Counted from the stretch's first letter, positions 49,485 through 62,180 are shown. The stretch: 64,000 bases of DNA from Octopus vulgaris (GCA_951406725.2 OX597819.1:134602001-134666000); one strand, 5' to 3'. The notes: generated from the sequence alone by a model not told the origin. Translations and numbers: made by a program.

Positions 49485-50075
49485 AGACTGCGTAAAAAGT
49501 AAGCAACGTTTTGAAACATAAAATTCATCACAATATATTTCAGCAATGCAGAAATTTTATTCATCAAAGTAAGTACCATTACAATCAACACATTTTTGCA
49601 AATGAGTTACAAATTTGTTTATTCCGGTAACGTAAAAATCTGCTGTTCTGGAGCCGATGAACTCTTCGAACACACTTTCAGCATTGGTTTGATTTCTGAA
49701 CTCCTTCTCTTGCAGAAAACCATCAAAGTGCTTGAAAAAATTGTAGTCGGTAGGAGAAAGGTCTGGGAATAAGTTGGGTGGGGAAGAACTTCGTAGCCAA
49801 GTTCCCTCAACTTCTGGAGTGTCATTACTGAAACGTGTGGTCGAGCTTTGTCATGAAGAATGATTAGTCCTTTTCTGTAGACCCAGTCTGGGATGGAGGA
49901 GGAGCAGTTTTTCGTTCATTTTGGCAATTTCATGGCAATATGTTTCTGCAGTAATGGGTTTACCGGGTTTTAAGAAGTTATAATGGATGAGTTCAGCAGT
50001 ACATCACCAAAACCTTCTTTTCGAAGAGCTCAGGTCTAGGGAAGGTTTTCAGCGCATCATTTTGTCCAACCACCG
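49485..50075 (-). mobile_element. Mariner transposase remnant
   Basis: LHDKARPHVS..TLQKLRELGYEVLPHPTYS on the minus strand. Confidence 0.8.
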
Positions 50076-50101
50076 TGAAAAATGTTTATTATTATTTATT
50101 A

Positions 50102-50492
50102 TTAGCAGTATCGCCCGGCGTTGCTCGGGTTTGTTTAGACCCTTTAGAATTGGAATTTTTGAAAAGTAAAAATTTTGCATTATGTAGCTTGTTATTCTCT
50201 TTAAGTGAACATTTTTCTGTTTGAGATACACCGAAAAATGGCGTCACAGCAGTCAAAAAATCGTAAAAAATAGGGATTTTTATAGAAAAAAGCACGTTTT
50301 TGATGTAAATAATATTTGGTGTTAACATGGTCCAATTTGAATTTTTTCTTCTACGGAAGGAAGAACAAGCCTTCTTCTATCATACTCTCAATTTTGGTCA
50401 ACTTGTGCCGCAGGGTCTCAGAGGAGATAGTGTTAGTTGAAGGCTACCAAACCTGGTGCACACAGACAACTTCAGCTTTATATATATACAGA
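50102..50492 (-). mobile_element. Non-autonomous Helitron
   Basis: Minus strand A|TC...CCCGAGCAACGCCGGG hairpin...CTAA|T, no TSD. Confidence 0.75.
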
Positions 50493-51312
50493 TTATAATT
50501 CTAACAGTAAGGTATACATAGGGAGCTCTATTAACTTCCAACAACATTTTTTTTACCATATATTCATTTAAACCGAACATAACGAGTACACTATTTCATT
50601 GACTACATAAACTCTTTGTAAAAAAACGTTAACTCTAAATGATCTTGGTCAACTCGGCTACACCATATGCCCATAAATCTTCTCTCTGCCGTCTTTAAGA
50701 ATTGCGAGACATATTATTATATAAACAAATTAATTTAATTAATTGTCGATCGGAAGTATTATCTAAATGTAGACATGGGTTTTATAAAACTTTTAAACAC
50801 TATAAGAGATCATCAAGATAAGATTCACATTAATATCTTGTTTTTCATCATATTGTGGGATTGTTGCAAGACAATAGAAACTTAAAATTGAATTATTTTA
50901 GATTATACACATGTTCACTAATTGGATGAATGCCAGAGATGTCTTCTTGAAATTTGAATCTGTACAACAAACTGATTTTAAATATAATAATTTAAATATA
51001 ACACATCAATTTACTCGATATTGGGTCAGTAAACGGCTATTTTTACATTTGCACAAAATATAATAACGATATCTTCCAGTTGTGTACACATAACTATAGT
51101 GGAGGTGCGATGGCCAAGTGGCAGAGGGCTCAAGCTCGTAGGATCACGGTTTCGATTCCATTGTGAGTGTTTATTGAGCGAAAGCACCTAAAGTTCCACA
51201 TGACGAACCTTGCTGTACTTTTTCACCACAACCTTCTCTCACTCTTTCTTCCTGTTTCTGTTGTAAGGATCAGCCTTGTCACACCGATGAGCATCGTAGA
51301 ATGCCTCAGTAA

Positions 51313-51661
51313 TCTCTCTCTATATAAAGCTGAAGTTGTCTGTGTATGGCGGGTTTGGTAGCCTTCAACTAACACTATCTCCTCCGAGACCCTGCGGCAC
51401 AAGTTGACCAAAATTGAGAGTAAGATAGAAGAAGGCTTGCACTTCCTTCCATAGAAGGACCATGTTAACACCAAAAATTATTTACATCAAAAACGTGCAT
51501 TTTTCTACGACTGCCGTGTCGCCATTTTTCGGTGTATTTCAACCAGAAAAATGTTCACTAAAAGAGAATAACAAGCTACATAATGCAAAATTTTTACTTT
51601 TCAAAAATTCCAATTCTAAAGAGTCGAAACAAACCCGAGCAATGCCGGGCGATACTGCTAC
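51313..51661 (+). mobile_element. Non-autonomous Helitron (same family as 50102-50492, opposite orientation)
   Basis: A|TCTCTCTCTATATAAAGCTGAAG...CCCGAGCAATGCCGGG...CTAC|T. Confidence 0.75.
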
Positions 51662-51917
51662 TATAAACTATAAAGGTAAAATTTTAACCGCTTTTATTTT
51701 TGGCATTTATGGATTGCAAAGACAATAATAATTCTGTGACTTCTATCTACGTCCAGACATTTTGGGATTTTACCACGGATTTAATATTATTTTTTCCAAA
51801 ATTTTTATCCCAAGTTTGTACCAATGCACATCTATACGAGTAACTTTTTTAAACCACATCTTTATCCTACGTTTTTCAATAGCATCTCTCTCATTCGAAA
51901 GACGACCTTCATCCTTT

Positions 51918-52006
51918 TCTCTGACGAGTGGATGTATTACCTAATAATGATTATCAATTTTGGATTTCATTTCGAACGGGAATTCATTCATGAAACGAAC
52001 GTAAGA
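51918..52006 (+). ncRNA. Type I hammerhead ribozyme fold (long loop II)
   Basis: UCU-CUGACGA-GUGGAUG...CAUUCAU-GAAA-CGAAC-GUA-AGA. Core intact, 7-bp stem II, near-palindromic stem III ACGAACGU, GUA triplet, 3-bp stem I. Confidence 0.7.
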
Positions 52007-52527
52007 TACCTCAAACCTTTTTAAATAATCAGACTTTATTATATATTCTTCTATAAATACAATCTTATTTATATTATGGACGTATATCTTATGGGATTTT
52101 TTTTTGATGCAATTTTTCCTGCTCTTAGTTTATAATTTATTATCGCTCTTATTAGGTCTCTAAATACCTTTTAAGGTTTTAGACATTTCCCTACCAAGAG
52201 CACTTATTTGAAATTCAGTATACTGTATTCTCATTGAATATATTTGATTAACCACACACACACACAGAGTATGTACATATAATCCAAGTTGTTTCGTCTT
52301 GAAGCACGTCTGCATATTCCAGTTCTCCAAAGTATATTCTATGGTCTATATGAGACTTGAAAATACTGGAGAATACTGTTAAACATTGGGAAATTCACTT
52401 TCAGATGAATTACTAATAGATGTCTCACGTGTTGTTCGACATGTATACCTATGTGACTACTATTGGCAAAGAAACATGGAATAATACCAGAAATTTTCCA
52501 GTTTTCTGTTTATATATATATATGTAT

Positions 52528-54720
52528 ATCATCATCATTGTTTAACGTCCATTCTCCATGCTGGCATGGGTTGGACAGTTTGACCAGGGTTAGTAAGCTG
52601 GAAGGCTGCACCAGACTTCATTCTGATTTGGCATGATTTCTACGGCATGATGCCCTTCCTAACGCCAACCACTCCAAGAGTGTAATGGGTGCTTTTATGT
52701 GCCACCAGCACTGGTGTCATTTCCTCAGCTTGATGGGTCTTCTTTTCAAGCACAACTTAATGCCAAAGGTCTCGGTCATTGCCTCTGTGAGGCCTAACAC
52801 TCGAAAGGTGCTTTTTACGTGCTACCAGCACGGGTGCCAGTTATGTGATACCAGCATCAGACCCGACTACAATTTCACTCAGTATGACGGATCTTCTCAA
52901 GCACAGCATATTGCTAAAGGTCTCGGTCACTAGTCATCACTTCTGTGATGCCCAAAGTTCAAAGATCATGCTTCACCACCTCGTCCCATGTCTTCCTGGG
53001 TCTACCTCTACTATAGGTTCCCTCCAAAGTTAGAGATCAGCACTTCTTTACACAGCTGCTTTCATCCACGCACATCACATGACCATACCAGCACAGCCGT
53101 CTCTTTTGCGCACCACATCTAATTCCTCTTATGCCCAACTTTTCTCTCAAGATGCTTACATTCTGTCGTGTATGCACGCTGACATTGCACATCCAGCAAA
53201 GCATACTGGCTTCATTTCTTTTAAGCCTATGCATGTTTCACTGCTGTGTAGCATAGCTGTTTGCACACAGGCATCATGCAACCTGTCTTTCACTCTGAGG
53301 GAGAGGTCTTTTGTTGCTAGCAGAGGTAGGAGTTCTCTGAATTTTACCCAGTCTGTTCTTATTCTCACAGCCATGCTCTCAGAGCATCCACCTCCACTAC
53401 TAACTTGGTCACCTAGATAATGGAAGCTATCTACTACTTCTAGCTTACCCCACTGGCAGTTGATGGAGTCTATTTATTGTACGTTTTTGCTGTTTATTGT
53501 ACCTGTGCATCTTCCACACACAAAGGCTATTTTCCCTGGTAACCTTCCTCTGATATTGCTGCACCTTTTATGCATTGAAAGCTTACACTGGGTGCATGGC
53601 GTTTCTACCAATGCCTTTTCTACAGATCATGCAGGGCCATCTACCTGAAGGGATTTGTGATTTGTCTGCATCCCTACTTATGAAGACTTTGGTTTCTGCT
53701 AGGGTAACTCTAAGGCCCTTCTATTCTAGACCTTGCGTCCATGCCTGGAACTTCATCTGGTAGTGATTCAGCTATAAGAGTAAGGTCATCAGCATTGAGG
53801 AGCTCCTAGGTGCAGCCTGTCTTAAATTCCTCTGTTATTGCCCGGATGACTATGATGAACAAGAGCAGGCTGAGGACCGATCCTTGATTAACCCCTACTT
53901 GTACCCTGAATTCTTCGCTGTACTCATTGCCAACCCTCACCTTACTGACAGCATCTCTGTACAGGGTTTGTACAGCTCTTACCAACCACTCATCTATCCC
54001 TAGTTTCTACATTGACCACCAGATAAGGGATCGGGGGACCCTGTCAAAGGCTTTCTCCAAGTCAACAAAGGCCAAGTACAGTGATTTATCTTTGTTTAAG
54101 TATTTCAATTGCAGTTGCTTTACCAGAAAAATAGCATCAGTGGTGCTTTTCCCTGACACAAAACCAAACTGCATCTCATCTAGACTATCTCCCTCCTTAA
54201 TTACTTGGGCTATCACCCTCTCTATAACTTTCATCACCTGATCCAACAATTTGCTACCTCTGTAATTATTTCTTTACCTTTACGTTTGTAACAGTTGACC
54301 ATGGTGCTGCTACACCAGTCACTGGGTATGACTCCTTCATGAACCACCTGATTTACAATACGGGTGACTAGATCATAATCCACACTGCCAAATATTTTAA
54401 GCACCTCGGCAATGATTCCTGAAGGGCTGAGGGTTCTCCCTCTCTTCATATCCTTAATTACTTTATCTACCAAGGTACTGTCGATTCAGGCAGCTGGTCC
54501 CTCAATTGGGTCAACATTTCGGCAGACTCTCCTCCTCCCCCCATTCATTCTTCACATTTCCAAGTCTCTTTCTTTGCAGAATCATCAGATGCAAGGGCGC
54601 CATCACCCATCCATACATATTCCTCTCCTATGACATCACAATTTTCTCACACACGGTCTTGCAATCTGAAACTCTTCAGTTCTTTGGTTCTCACTGAACA
54701 GGCAAATGTCTTCCTTTCTG
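52528..54720 (-). mobile_element. RTE LINE, decayed RT region plus 3' UTR
   Basis: QFGF, STTDAIF, AFVDLEKAFDRV, PHD insert, YLG, WYGHV, (ATG)n. Confidence 0.92.
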
Positions 54721-54734
54721 CTTCTCCCTTGATA

Positions 54735-55490
54735 TATCATCATCATCATTTAATGTCTGCTGTCCATGCTGGCATGGGCTAGATGGTTTGACTGGGCTGG
54801 CATGCTGGAAGGCTGCACCAGACTCCAGTCTGATTTGGCACGGTTTTCTATGGCTAGATGCCTTTCCTAATGCCAACCACTCTGAGAGTGTAATGGGTGT
54901 TTTTATGTGCCACCAGCATGGGTACCATTTGCATGACACCAGGGTGCATTTACATGTCACCGGCACAGATGCCAATTTGTGTGAAACCAGTATCTGCCAC
55001 GACTGCGAATTTGCTTGGTTTGATGAGTCTCCTTCTCAAGCACAACATAATGCTAAAGGCCTTGGTGATTGCCTCCGTGAGGCCCAATGCTTGAAAGGAA
55101 CTCAGCCACCTCGCATCTGTGAAACCCAACACTCAAAAGGAACTCAGCCACTCTGTCTCCTCTGTGAGACCTGATGCTTGAAAAGAACACAGCCACTTTG
55201 CATCGATCAAGCACATCACTCAAATGGAACTCAGCTTCTTTGTTTCTGTGAGGCCCAATGTTCAAAAGATGTTCTTTATGTGTCACCAGGATGGGTGCAT
55301 TTGGCTTGATGGGTCCTCTTGAGCACAGCACATCGCCAAAAGTCTCAGTTACTAGTCATTGCCTTGGTGAGGCTCAAAGTTCAAAAATCATACTTCACCA
55401 CTTCATCTCATGTCTTTGTGGCTCTACTTTTACCACAGGTTCCCTGCACAGTTATAGATCAGCACTTCTTTACACAGCTGTCCTTCTCCA
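54735..55490 (-). mobile_element. RTE LINE 3' end with internal ~38-bp re-duplications
   Basis: (CAT)n tail, conserved block, repeated gtgaggcccaat..gaaaggaactcagccac units, ORF end. Confidence 0.85.
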
Positions 55491-55510
55491 TATATATATT
55501 ATATATATAT

Positions 55511-55708
55511 ATGGAGTTACCATGATAGATCATTAGCCACTGCATGCATTTTCTTCTCTCCTTGTTTTTTTTCTGTGTCCCTTTCTGTAGAAGAGCGTAG
55601 GCTTGAAACGTCAAAGACTTTTTCTATTCCTGAGTGTTATACTAATACATCTGTTTGTTTTGTACACCACCTGTCTTCATCTTTTGTTTTCTTCATAAAC
55701 TCTCCCTA
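55511..55708 (+). mobile_element. About 200-bp (TA)n-flanked element with hammerhead-like motif
   Basis: CUUU-CUGUAGA-A-GAGC-GUAG-GCUU-GAAAC-GUC-AAAG at 55581-55616; the core is non-canonical. Confidence 0.45.
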
Positions 55709-55718
55709 TATATATATA

Positions 55719-56207
55719 CTAGCAGTATTGCCCAGCTTTGCAAAATGGTCACATTTAATTCAAAGCATTAAAAATGTTATGAAAACAATTGGTATGTGTT
55801 CACAAAGTCCAAACGATTAATACGAAAAAATCCTCCAGGCTACATCCCCAAAATTCATTTCTTTGCTGAATTTCTGCAATGTTTACGGCAATTTGTTTTT
55901 ATATCTTGATTTTTTATTTTTCATGCAATTTACACATGCTTGCACGCGTGGTGAACACAGTTCACGTCAAACAGTTGACTGAGTAAAGTTCACTATTCAA
56001 TGCATGGGATAAGCCCTAAACAAACACATTATCGATTTTTGCACTTGCGAGATGAATTTCGGAACAGAAATAGCACAGTTCAATTTTCATTCGCCTAAAC
56101 TTTAAGTGACCTATTTTTGGTGGTCCTACGATTTGTTGGCTAGGAGATGTGTGCCGGGAAGTTAAACACACAGACACACACACAGACACACAAGTTGAGT
56201 TTTGTAT
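55719..56207 (-). mobile_element. Probable non-autonomous Helitron of a second family
   Basis: a|ctagcagtattgcccagc end resembles the end at 50102; the other end has cacacagacac...gagttttgtat. Confidence 0.5.
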
Positions 56208-57317
56208 CATCATCATCATCGTCGTTTAACGTCCGTTCTCCATGTTAGCATGGGTTGGACGGTTCGACCGGGGATCTGGGAAGCCAGAAGGCTGCACCAG
56301 GCTCCAGTCTTATCTGGCAGTGTTTCTACAGCTGGATGCCCTTCCTAACGCCAACCACTCCGTGAGTGTAGTGGGTGCTTTTTACGTGCCACCTGCACAG
56401 GTGCCAGGCGAGGCTGGCAACGGCCACGGTCGGATTGGTGTATTTTATGTGCCACCGGCACGGAAGCCAGACGAGGCGGTGCTGGCATCGGCTACGAGTC
56501 AGATGGTGCTTTTTACGTACCACCAGACCAGGGATCCTGGCTGGTTCAATTCGATTTCGATTTCGCTTGCCCCAACATGTCTTCGCAAGCAAGGGGGTTG
56601 GCATGGGTGCCTGTTGTACGGTCAGATTGGTGTATTTTACGTGCCACCGGCACGGAAGCCAGTGGAGGCGGCACTGGCATCGGCCACGAGTCGGATAGTG
56701 CTTTTTACGTACCACCAGACCAGGGAACCTGGCTGGTTCGATTCGATTTCGCTTGCCCCAACATGTCTTCGCAAGCAAGGGGGTTGGCATGGGTGCCTGT
56801 CGTACGGTCAGATTGGTGTATTTTACGTGCCACCGGCACAGAAGCCAGTGGAGGCGGCGCTGGCATCGGCCACGAGTCGGATAGTGCTTTTTACGTACCA
56901 CCAGACCAGGGATCCTGGCTGGTTCAATTCGATTTTGACTTCGATTTCGATTGCCCCAACATGTCTTCGCAAGCAAAGGGGGTTGGCATGGGTGCCTGTC
57001 GTCGGATGAGGTTCTATATCGACTTCGCTTGCCTCAACAGGTCTTTGTGTCCAAGGGAGGAAAGGCATTCATAAGTGGGCTGGGCTCACTTGTCCTGCCT
57101 GGTCTTCTCACGTACAGAATATTTCCAAAGGTCTCGGTCGCTGGTCATTTCCTCAGTGAGGCCTAAAGTTCGAAGGTCGTGCTTCACCACCTCGTCCCAG
57201 GTTTTCCTGGGTCTACCTCTTCCACGGGTTCCCTCAACTGCTAAGGATTAGCACTTTCTCACACACCTATCTTCATCCATTCTCGCCACATGACCATACC
57301 AGCGCAATCGTCTCTCT
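56207..57317 (-). mobile_element. RTE LINE 3' end with ~190-bp tandem triplication in the 3' UTR
   Basis: RLRWYGHVARM..GRPRKTW; units start at 56427, 56619 and 56805; (ATG)n tail. Confidence 0.92.
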
Positions 57318-57340
57318 TATATATATATACATATATATAC

Positions 57341-57565
57341 TTTATTAAAAAGTATCAGAAATATCACAAAAACTGTTACTCAGTTTCACATTCCTGTTCA
57401 TTGGACAGTTTTTCTAACAAAACTGTCTGATGAACAGGAATGTGAAACTCTGAGTAACTGCTTTTGTGATATTTCTGCTGCTTTTTAATAAAGCATATTA
57501 CTCTACCTCTGGTATTTGAGTACTCTTTCTTCCACCTTGTTTCACATTTATGTGCTTACTCTAGT
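57341..57565 (+). mobile_element. (TA)n-flanked palindromic short element with a minimal hammerhead in each arm
   Basis: Inverted repeat 57341-57412 / 57419-57492. Plus arm reads CUGAUGA-ACA-GGAA-UGU-GAAAC-UCUGA-GUA. Shorter related copy at 40597-40723. Confidence 0.8.
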
Positions 57566-59229
57566 ATATATATATATATATATATATATGACCTAAAATT
57601 GTTTTTAATTAATGCATTTTCAAATGAATCTGTTTTGGATAGCTTCCGTTTCGTGTGAGAAAGAAAGCTTGTTTTCCATTTCATATTTCGTGGTCCGGTG
57701 TGAAACACACTGCTACGGATTTGCAGTCAATATTATTTGGATATTTCAGGGAGGTCATTATGGTATTTGACATGAAAGAAATTGAATGGTTCACAACATT
57801 TTAACGGTATAGTGAGAAGAACACTAAGATTCTTGGCTGTTTCAGACACAGAATCTTCTGACAATATTGCATCCCACTGGATCCAACAATCCAAGCCTAT
57901 CTCTTTCCATTACCTATTTGAAGATCTTGAAATGTACTCGAGTCTCATGCATTATGGAGATGCCATTGAAAGAAGCATTCACATTGATTGATGTTTACAG
58001 TATATTCTCTTCCAATAACATTGTCAACATTTGTGTGTGAGGTTGGCCTTCAACAGGCGTACCTTGCTTCCTTTGTTTCTTGTCATTCCATGAAGAGTAG
58101 GACAAAATCTGATGGTACAAGAATTTGTTTGTAAAGTAATCAAATGGATAGAATTTGAAACAAGTTGTGAGTGTTGTTGTGGCCTTTGGATACTGGGCAT
58201 GCTGTATTGCAGTTGTTGTTTGAGCCACTTTTCATGTGGACAGGCAGTTATTAAATGCTGAGGTATCCTCATGAAAGGGAAGGATGAAAAAGTGCCAGAA
58301 AGCTTCATTATAGTTGACGCACTGTCCCACGGTAAACACAGCAGCATCAGGTCTCTTGGAACTCAAAACAGATATTAAATGTCTTGATGTAGAGTGGGCT
58401 GTAGGGAACAACAGATTTGTTGTCAATTCAGCGCTGTCCAACTAAGTTACTGCCATAAGAGGGATTGCCATCTTTATATGTTTTCACTTTGAAAAGCAGT
58501 TGATGGGTCTTTCTGTTTGTCTGGATCTGGAATTTAACTGATATGATAGACTCAATTTAATTAGAGTGAATCTTACTTGGTAACCAGTTCAAAATATATA
58601 CATACTGCAGGTCCTTCCTACTCTTGTACTGTAAATAGGATTAAGTAGATAGAGAAGAGAGAAAAGATGTGTAAGTTAAAATGAGGAGAATGGTCAAAAG
58701 GAATATGTGAGGAGGAAGAGAAAATGAAAAAAGGATTGTTAGTTGGTGGTGAAGGTATTACGAGGGGGATGGGAGAGGAGTAGGGGAGGGGTAGGAAGAG
58801 ATAAGAATGTAAGGAATGAATGTGTGTGAGGAGTGGGAGTTGGGGTGATATGTTTGAAAGGCACCAAGGGTACAGAAAATGGTACATGGACTTACTAATT
58901 CAAATATACAGGATATTATGATATCAAAGAGAAAAGTCAACATTGAAGAGAGAATATGGATGATAAACAACAAACTGATTATAGGAGATTGAGAAATAAT
59001 ATAAATAGATAACAAAAAATATCGGGAAGAACTTTGGGAAAGCAATTAATTACAAACAAAATGATTGAAGAACAGCTGGAAAGCAACATAAAAAATAAGT
59101 TTGTGTTGCTTTGATACAACATCAGAATAAAAACAAAATGTCTGATTTTTTTCAAAAAATTCAAATTAATCCACTTTAGTAAAGAGGCTGCTCTTAAGCA
59201 ACCATACACTCCTCCCTTGGGCAAAACCT

Positions 59230-59980
59230 CATAGCATCAAACACAGCTAGGGACCTTGGAGAAACTATCCACAACAACTTAAGCTGGAATGCCCACAACA
59301 AGAGCAAAAATGACATGGCCCACAGAATTTACTATTGGATTCCTCAGGATGGGACTTTTTGGTGTAGAGACACTTCTGACATTATCATTCTCTATCTTCA
59401 CCTGTCCTCACCTTGAATACTGTTGTCTGCTGTGGTCTTCCTACACGAAACAAAATATTATAAATTGAAGCAACCCAATGATAGATCATAAGGAAAATGG
59501 GCAACATAACAAGTCTTGATTATTGAGCTCATCTTGAGAAACTCAAGGTGTATTTCCTCTAACATGACTGCTATATCATTCATATGATGTGAAAAATATT
59601 CCAGCAGCACTACCCAAATGATGATGGCATCAACTTTAAAATTCATCCGAGGTTTGGTCACTGTGCTATCTGTCCTCTACAAAAGCCATGTTCGTGTCAC
59701 AACATAACACTAAGACAGAAGTATTTCACCTCAGCAAGCCCTGTTCACTTTAACATCATACCAAACCTTATAAGAGAAGAAAAAATTCACAACATTCAAA
59801 TGGTTCCTGGATGAATTTTTTTGACAAATTCCTGATAAACAACCTAACACCTGGATCTCTGCAAGCAATAACTCTTTGCTTGAATGGGCTATGGTGCTCA
59901 CAGAATGACTAATATGAGGTATCATTAAATGTCTTTTTCCAGATGGTGCTTTTAATTTAGTCGTGGCCTAGGCTTTCTAA
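59230..59980 (+). mobile_element. Old CR1-like LINE 3' remnant
   Basis: RDLG..IHNNLSWNAH, PHLEYCCLLWS, FKWFLDEF...IPDKQ. Confidence 0.65.
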
Positions 59981-59983
59981 GTG

Positions 59984-60029
<46 letters not shown>

Positions 60030-61151
60030 TAGTTATCGCCATACTAATATGGCATTCTTATAAAAATAAGAATAAAGCTGACCGCTTATTAGCTCCATGA
60101 GGCCATCGCCTTAAGTTAGCTATTTGATACACAAACTGTATCCATATAACCTTTGAACTTAGAGAGACTTAGTAATTTTAATATTTAATATTTTAATATT
60201 TAATATTTCTATTATATATATATATATATATATAATACAAATAAGAAAATGGAGAAACAAATTTAGTTTGTTCATCAACTTTCAGATATTAGAATGTTAG
60301 ATTATTTATTCATTTAACAAATTGAGAATCTTAATAGCATACATATATATATCTTATAATTCAATACATATAAGATAAGAATACAAATTATAAAAATCAT
60401 AATAAATTATTGAAATCATTAAAATCACTTCTTACAGCTGTTTCAGACTATGGTTAAAATTAGTTATTTTAATTTTTATTGCCTATTGCTCGCTTTACAT
60501 TCTGGTGTTTGCCGAAATGTCTTGAGAACAATTTTTCTTAGTGGTCAGACCATATGGGGTCTACCTTTAGCATATTAGGAATTCACCTAGTGGTCATTCC
60601 TCTTATATGTATACAATATAATTTTCTGAATCTTCAGATTTTTTTCAATATGCTAGGCCACGGGTTTAAATTGATATTAATCTAATTAATATCATTTTTT
60701 ACCCTTATTATATACATATGTATACACACACACACACACACACACAAATTAAGGAGTGGAGCAGATAAAATCCAGGCTACATATGTTTCATAACTAGCAG
60801 AACTTTGGAAGTAGTAATTATTTAAACGAGGGGTAAACTGTAAGGTACTCTTCAGGCCAAGAATACCTTAATTATATGAAGTTTACATTGTCATTAGGAG
60901 ATCCCATGTTAATTCGTCGAGAGGTCAATCAAAATGTGTAGAAAGTACAGCTAGAGAGAAAAACATTATAAGCACCTCATATAAGCTCAGATTTGTTCCT
61001 GAAAGTTGCCTTTTTTTATATATCTTCTACAGATTGCTTAAAACACACTAACTTCCTACACCTTGATCTTTGGATCTTACCTTTACACACACACACACAC
61101 ATACATACACACCTACACACACACACATACATAAACACACGTACACACACA

Positions 61152-61183
<32 letters not shown>

Positions 61184-61804
61184 GATATAAAACATATGTG
61201 TATGTATACACACACACACATACGTGTACATACATACATAAATGCATCCATACGTGTGTGTGTGCGCGCGCGCGTGTTAGGGGAAGAGAAAAAAGGGTCC
61301 AGAGTAAAATCTCTGAAACAATAGATTCCAATTAGTTGTTCAACGAAACACAGAGTTTGCAGTGTCTTCTTCTATTTAAAAAAAAAGGCGACATTGGCGG
61401 CGGCGGCGGTTGTCCTACTTGTTAGAAACATTTGAGAAGCTTTATTATAGGTGTGGGTTGTATTGATAAAATGTATTCTTGTTGTCACTGTCCTGGGCCA
61501 TTCAATGAGTTCGATAGATGAACAACTACTACTACTAATACAATGACAACTGTCAATGCTGCTGCTGCTGCTACTACTACTACTACTACTAATAATAATA
61601 ATAATAATGATAACAATAATAATAATACCACCACGACCACCACTACTACGACTACTACTCGTATTGTGGCTGCTGCTTCAATGTCTTATAAAAGTCAAGC
61701 GATCTCACCTTAATCTTCCAGTCCCACGAAAAGAGTTAATTGCGAGGAAGGTGTCTGTATTCAGGTGTGTTTGAATATTCGCTGCTTTGAACCAGGACAA
61801 AATT

Positions 61805-61898
61805 ATGAACCCCTGGCACAACATCCTCTCTTTGTCTTGTATTGCCGTCTCGTTATTCTATATTTTTGGAACTTCATTGCACGTGGCAGCGGTGTCCC
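61805..61898 (+). CDS. Probable first coding exon of a secreted or membrane protein (signal peptide)
   Basis: aattATG start; MNPWHNILSLSCIAVSLFYIFGTSLHVAAVS has a hydrophobic core and a small-residue end; donor C|gtaagt, phase 1. Lies in TE-free, CpG-retaining sequence. Confidence 0.6.
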
Positions 61899-62180
61899 GT
61901 AAGTAACAATTTTAATTACTTTTAATTGAAGGTTTTCATTTTAAAAACCAAACAAAATATGTTATGATAGCAATTACTTAAATTATAGGATTTCTTTTTA
62001 AAACTAATAATTCATTCTGTATTTTCATTTATTTACACCTTCGTTCGATCGCTGGAAAGCAGTAAAAAGTGGAAACTTATGCCTAACTTGTTTTGATAAA
62101 TTAAAGGTATTTTAATCAAAACAAAAGGGGGAAACTTGCTAAATTTGACAAATCACTTAGAATTGGGAAGATTATTTATT

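Larger units (their letters stand above)
50560..52075 (+). mobile_element. Very decayed Penelope-like element interrupted by a SINE and a Helitron, ending in a hammerhead
   Basis: Only weak RT-like traces (FLD..., LLDI.V) at 50880-51040. Main support is the terminal hammerhead at 51918-52006. Confidence 0.4.

Noticed and set aside
56242-57009. 255-aa repeat-protein ORF
   Set aside because: Antisense of a triplicated RTE 3' UTR.
57780-58445. Possible ancient RTE-like RT remnant or host exons
   Set aside because: Only vague motif traces (PFHED, SWNDKK); too decayed to call.
60431-60640. Complete hammerhead using GAAACAGCUGUA and a distant CUGAAGA
   Set aside because: Stems I and II do not pair; only the 3' half-motif is supported. 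The same applies at 39143-39157.
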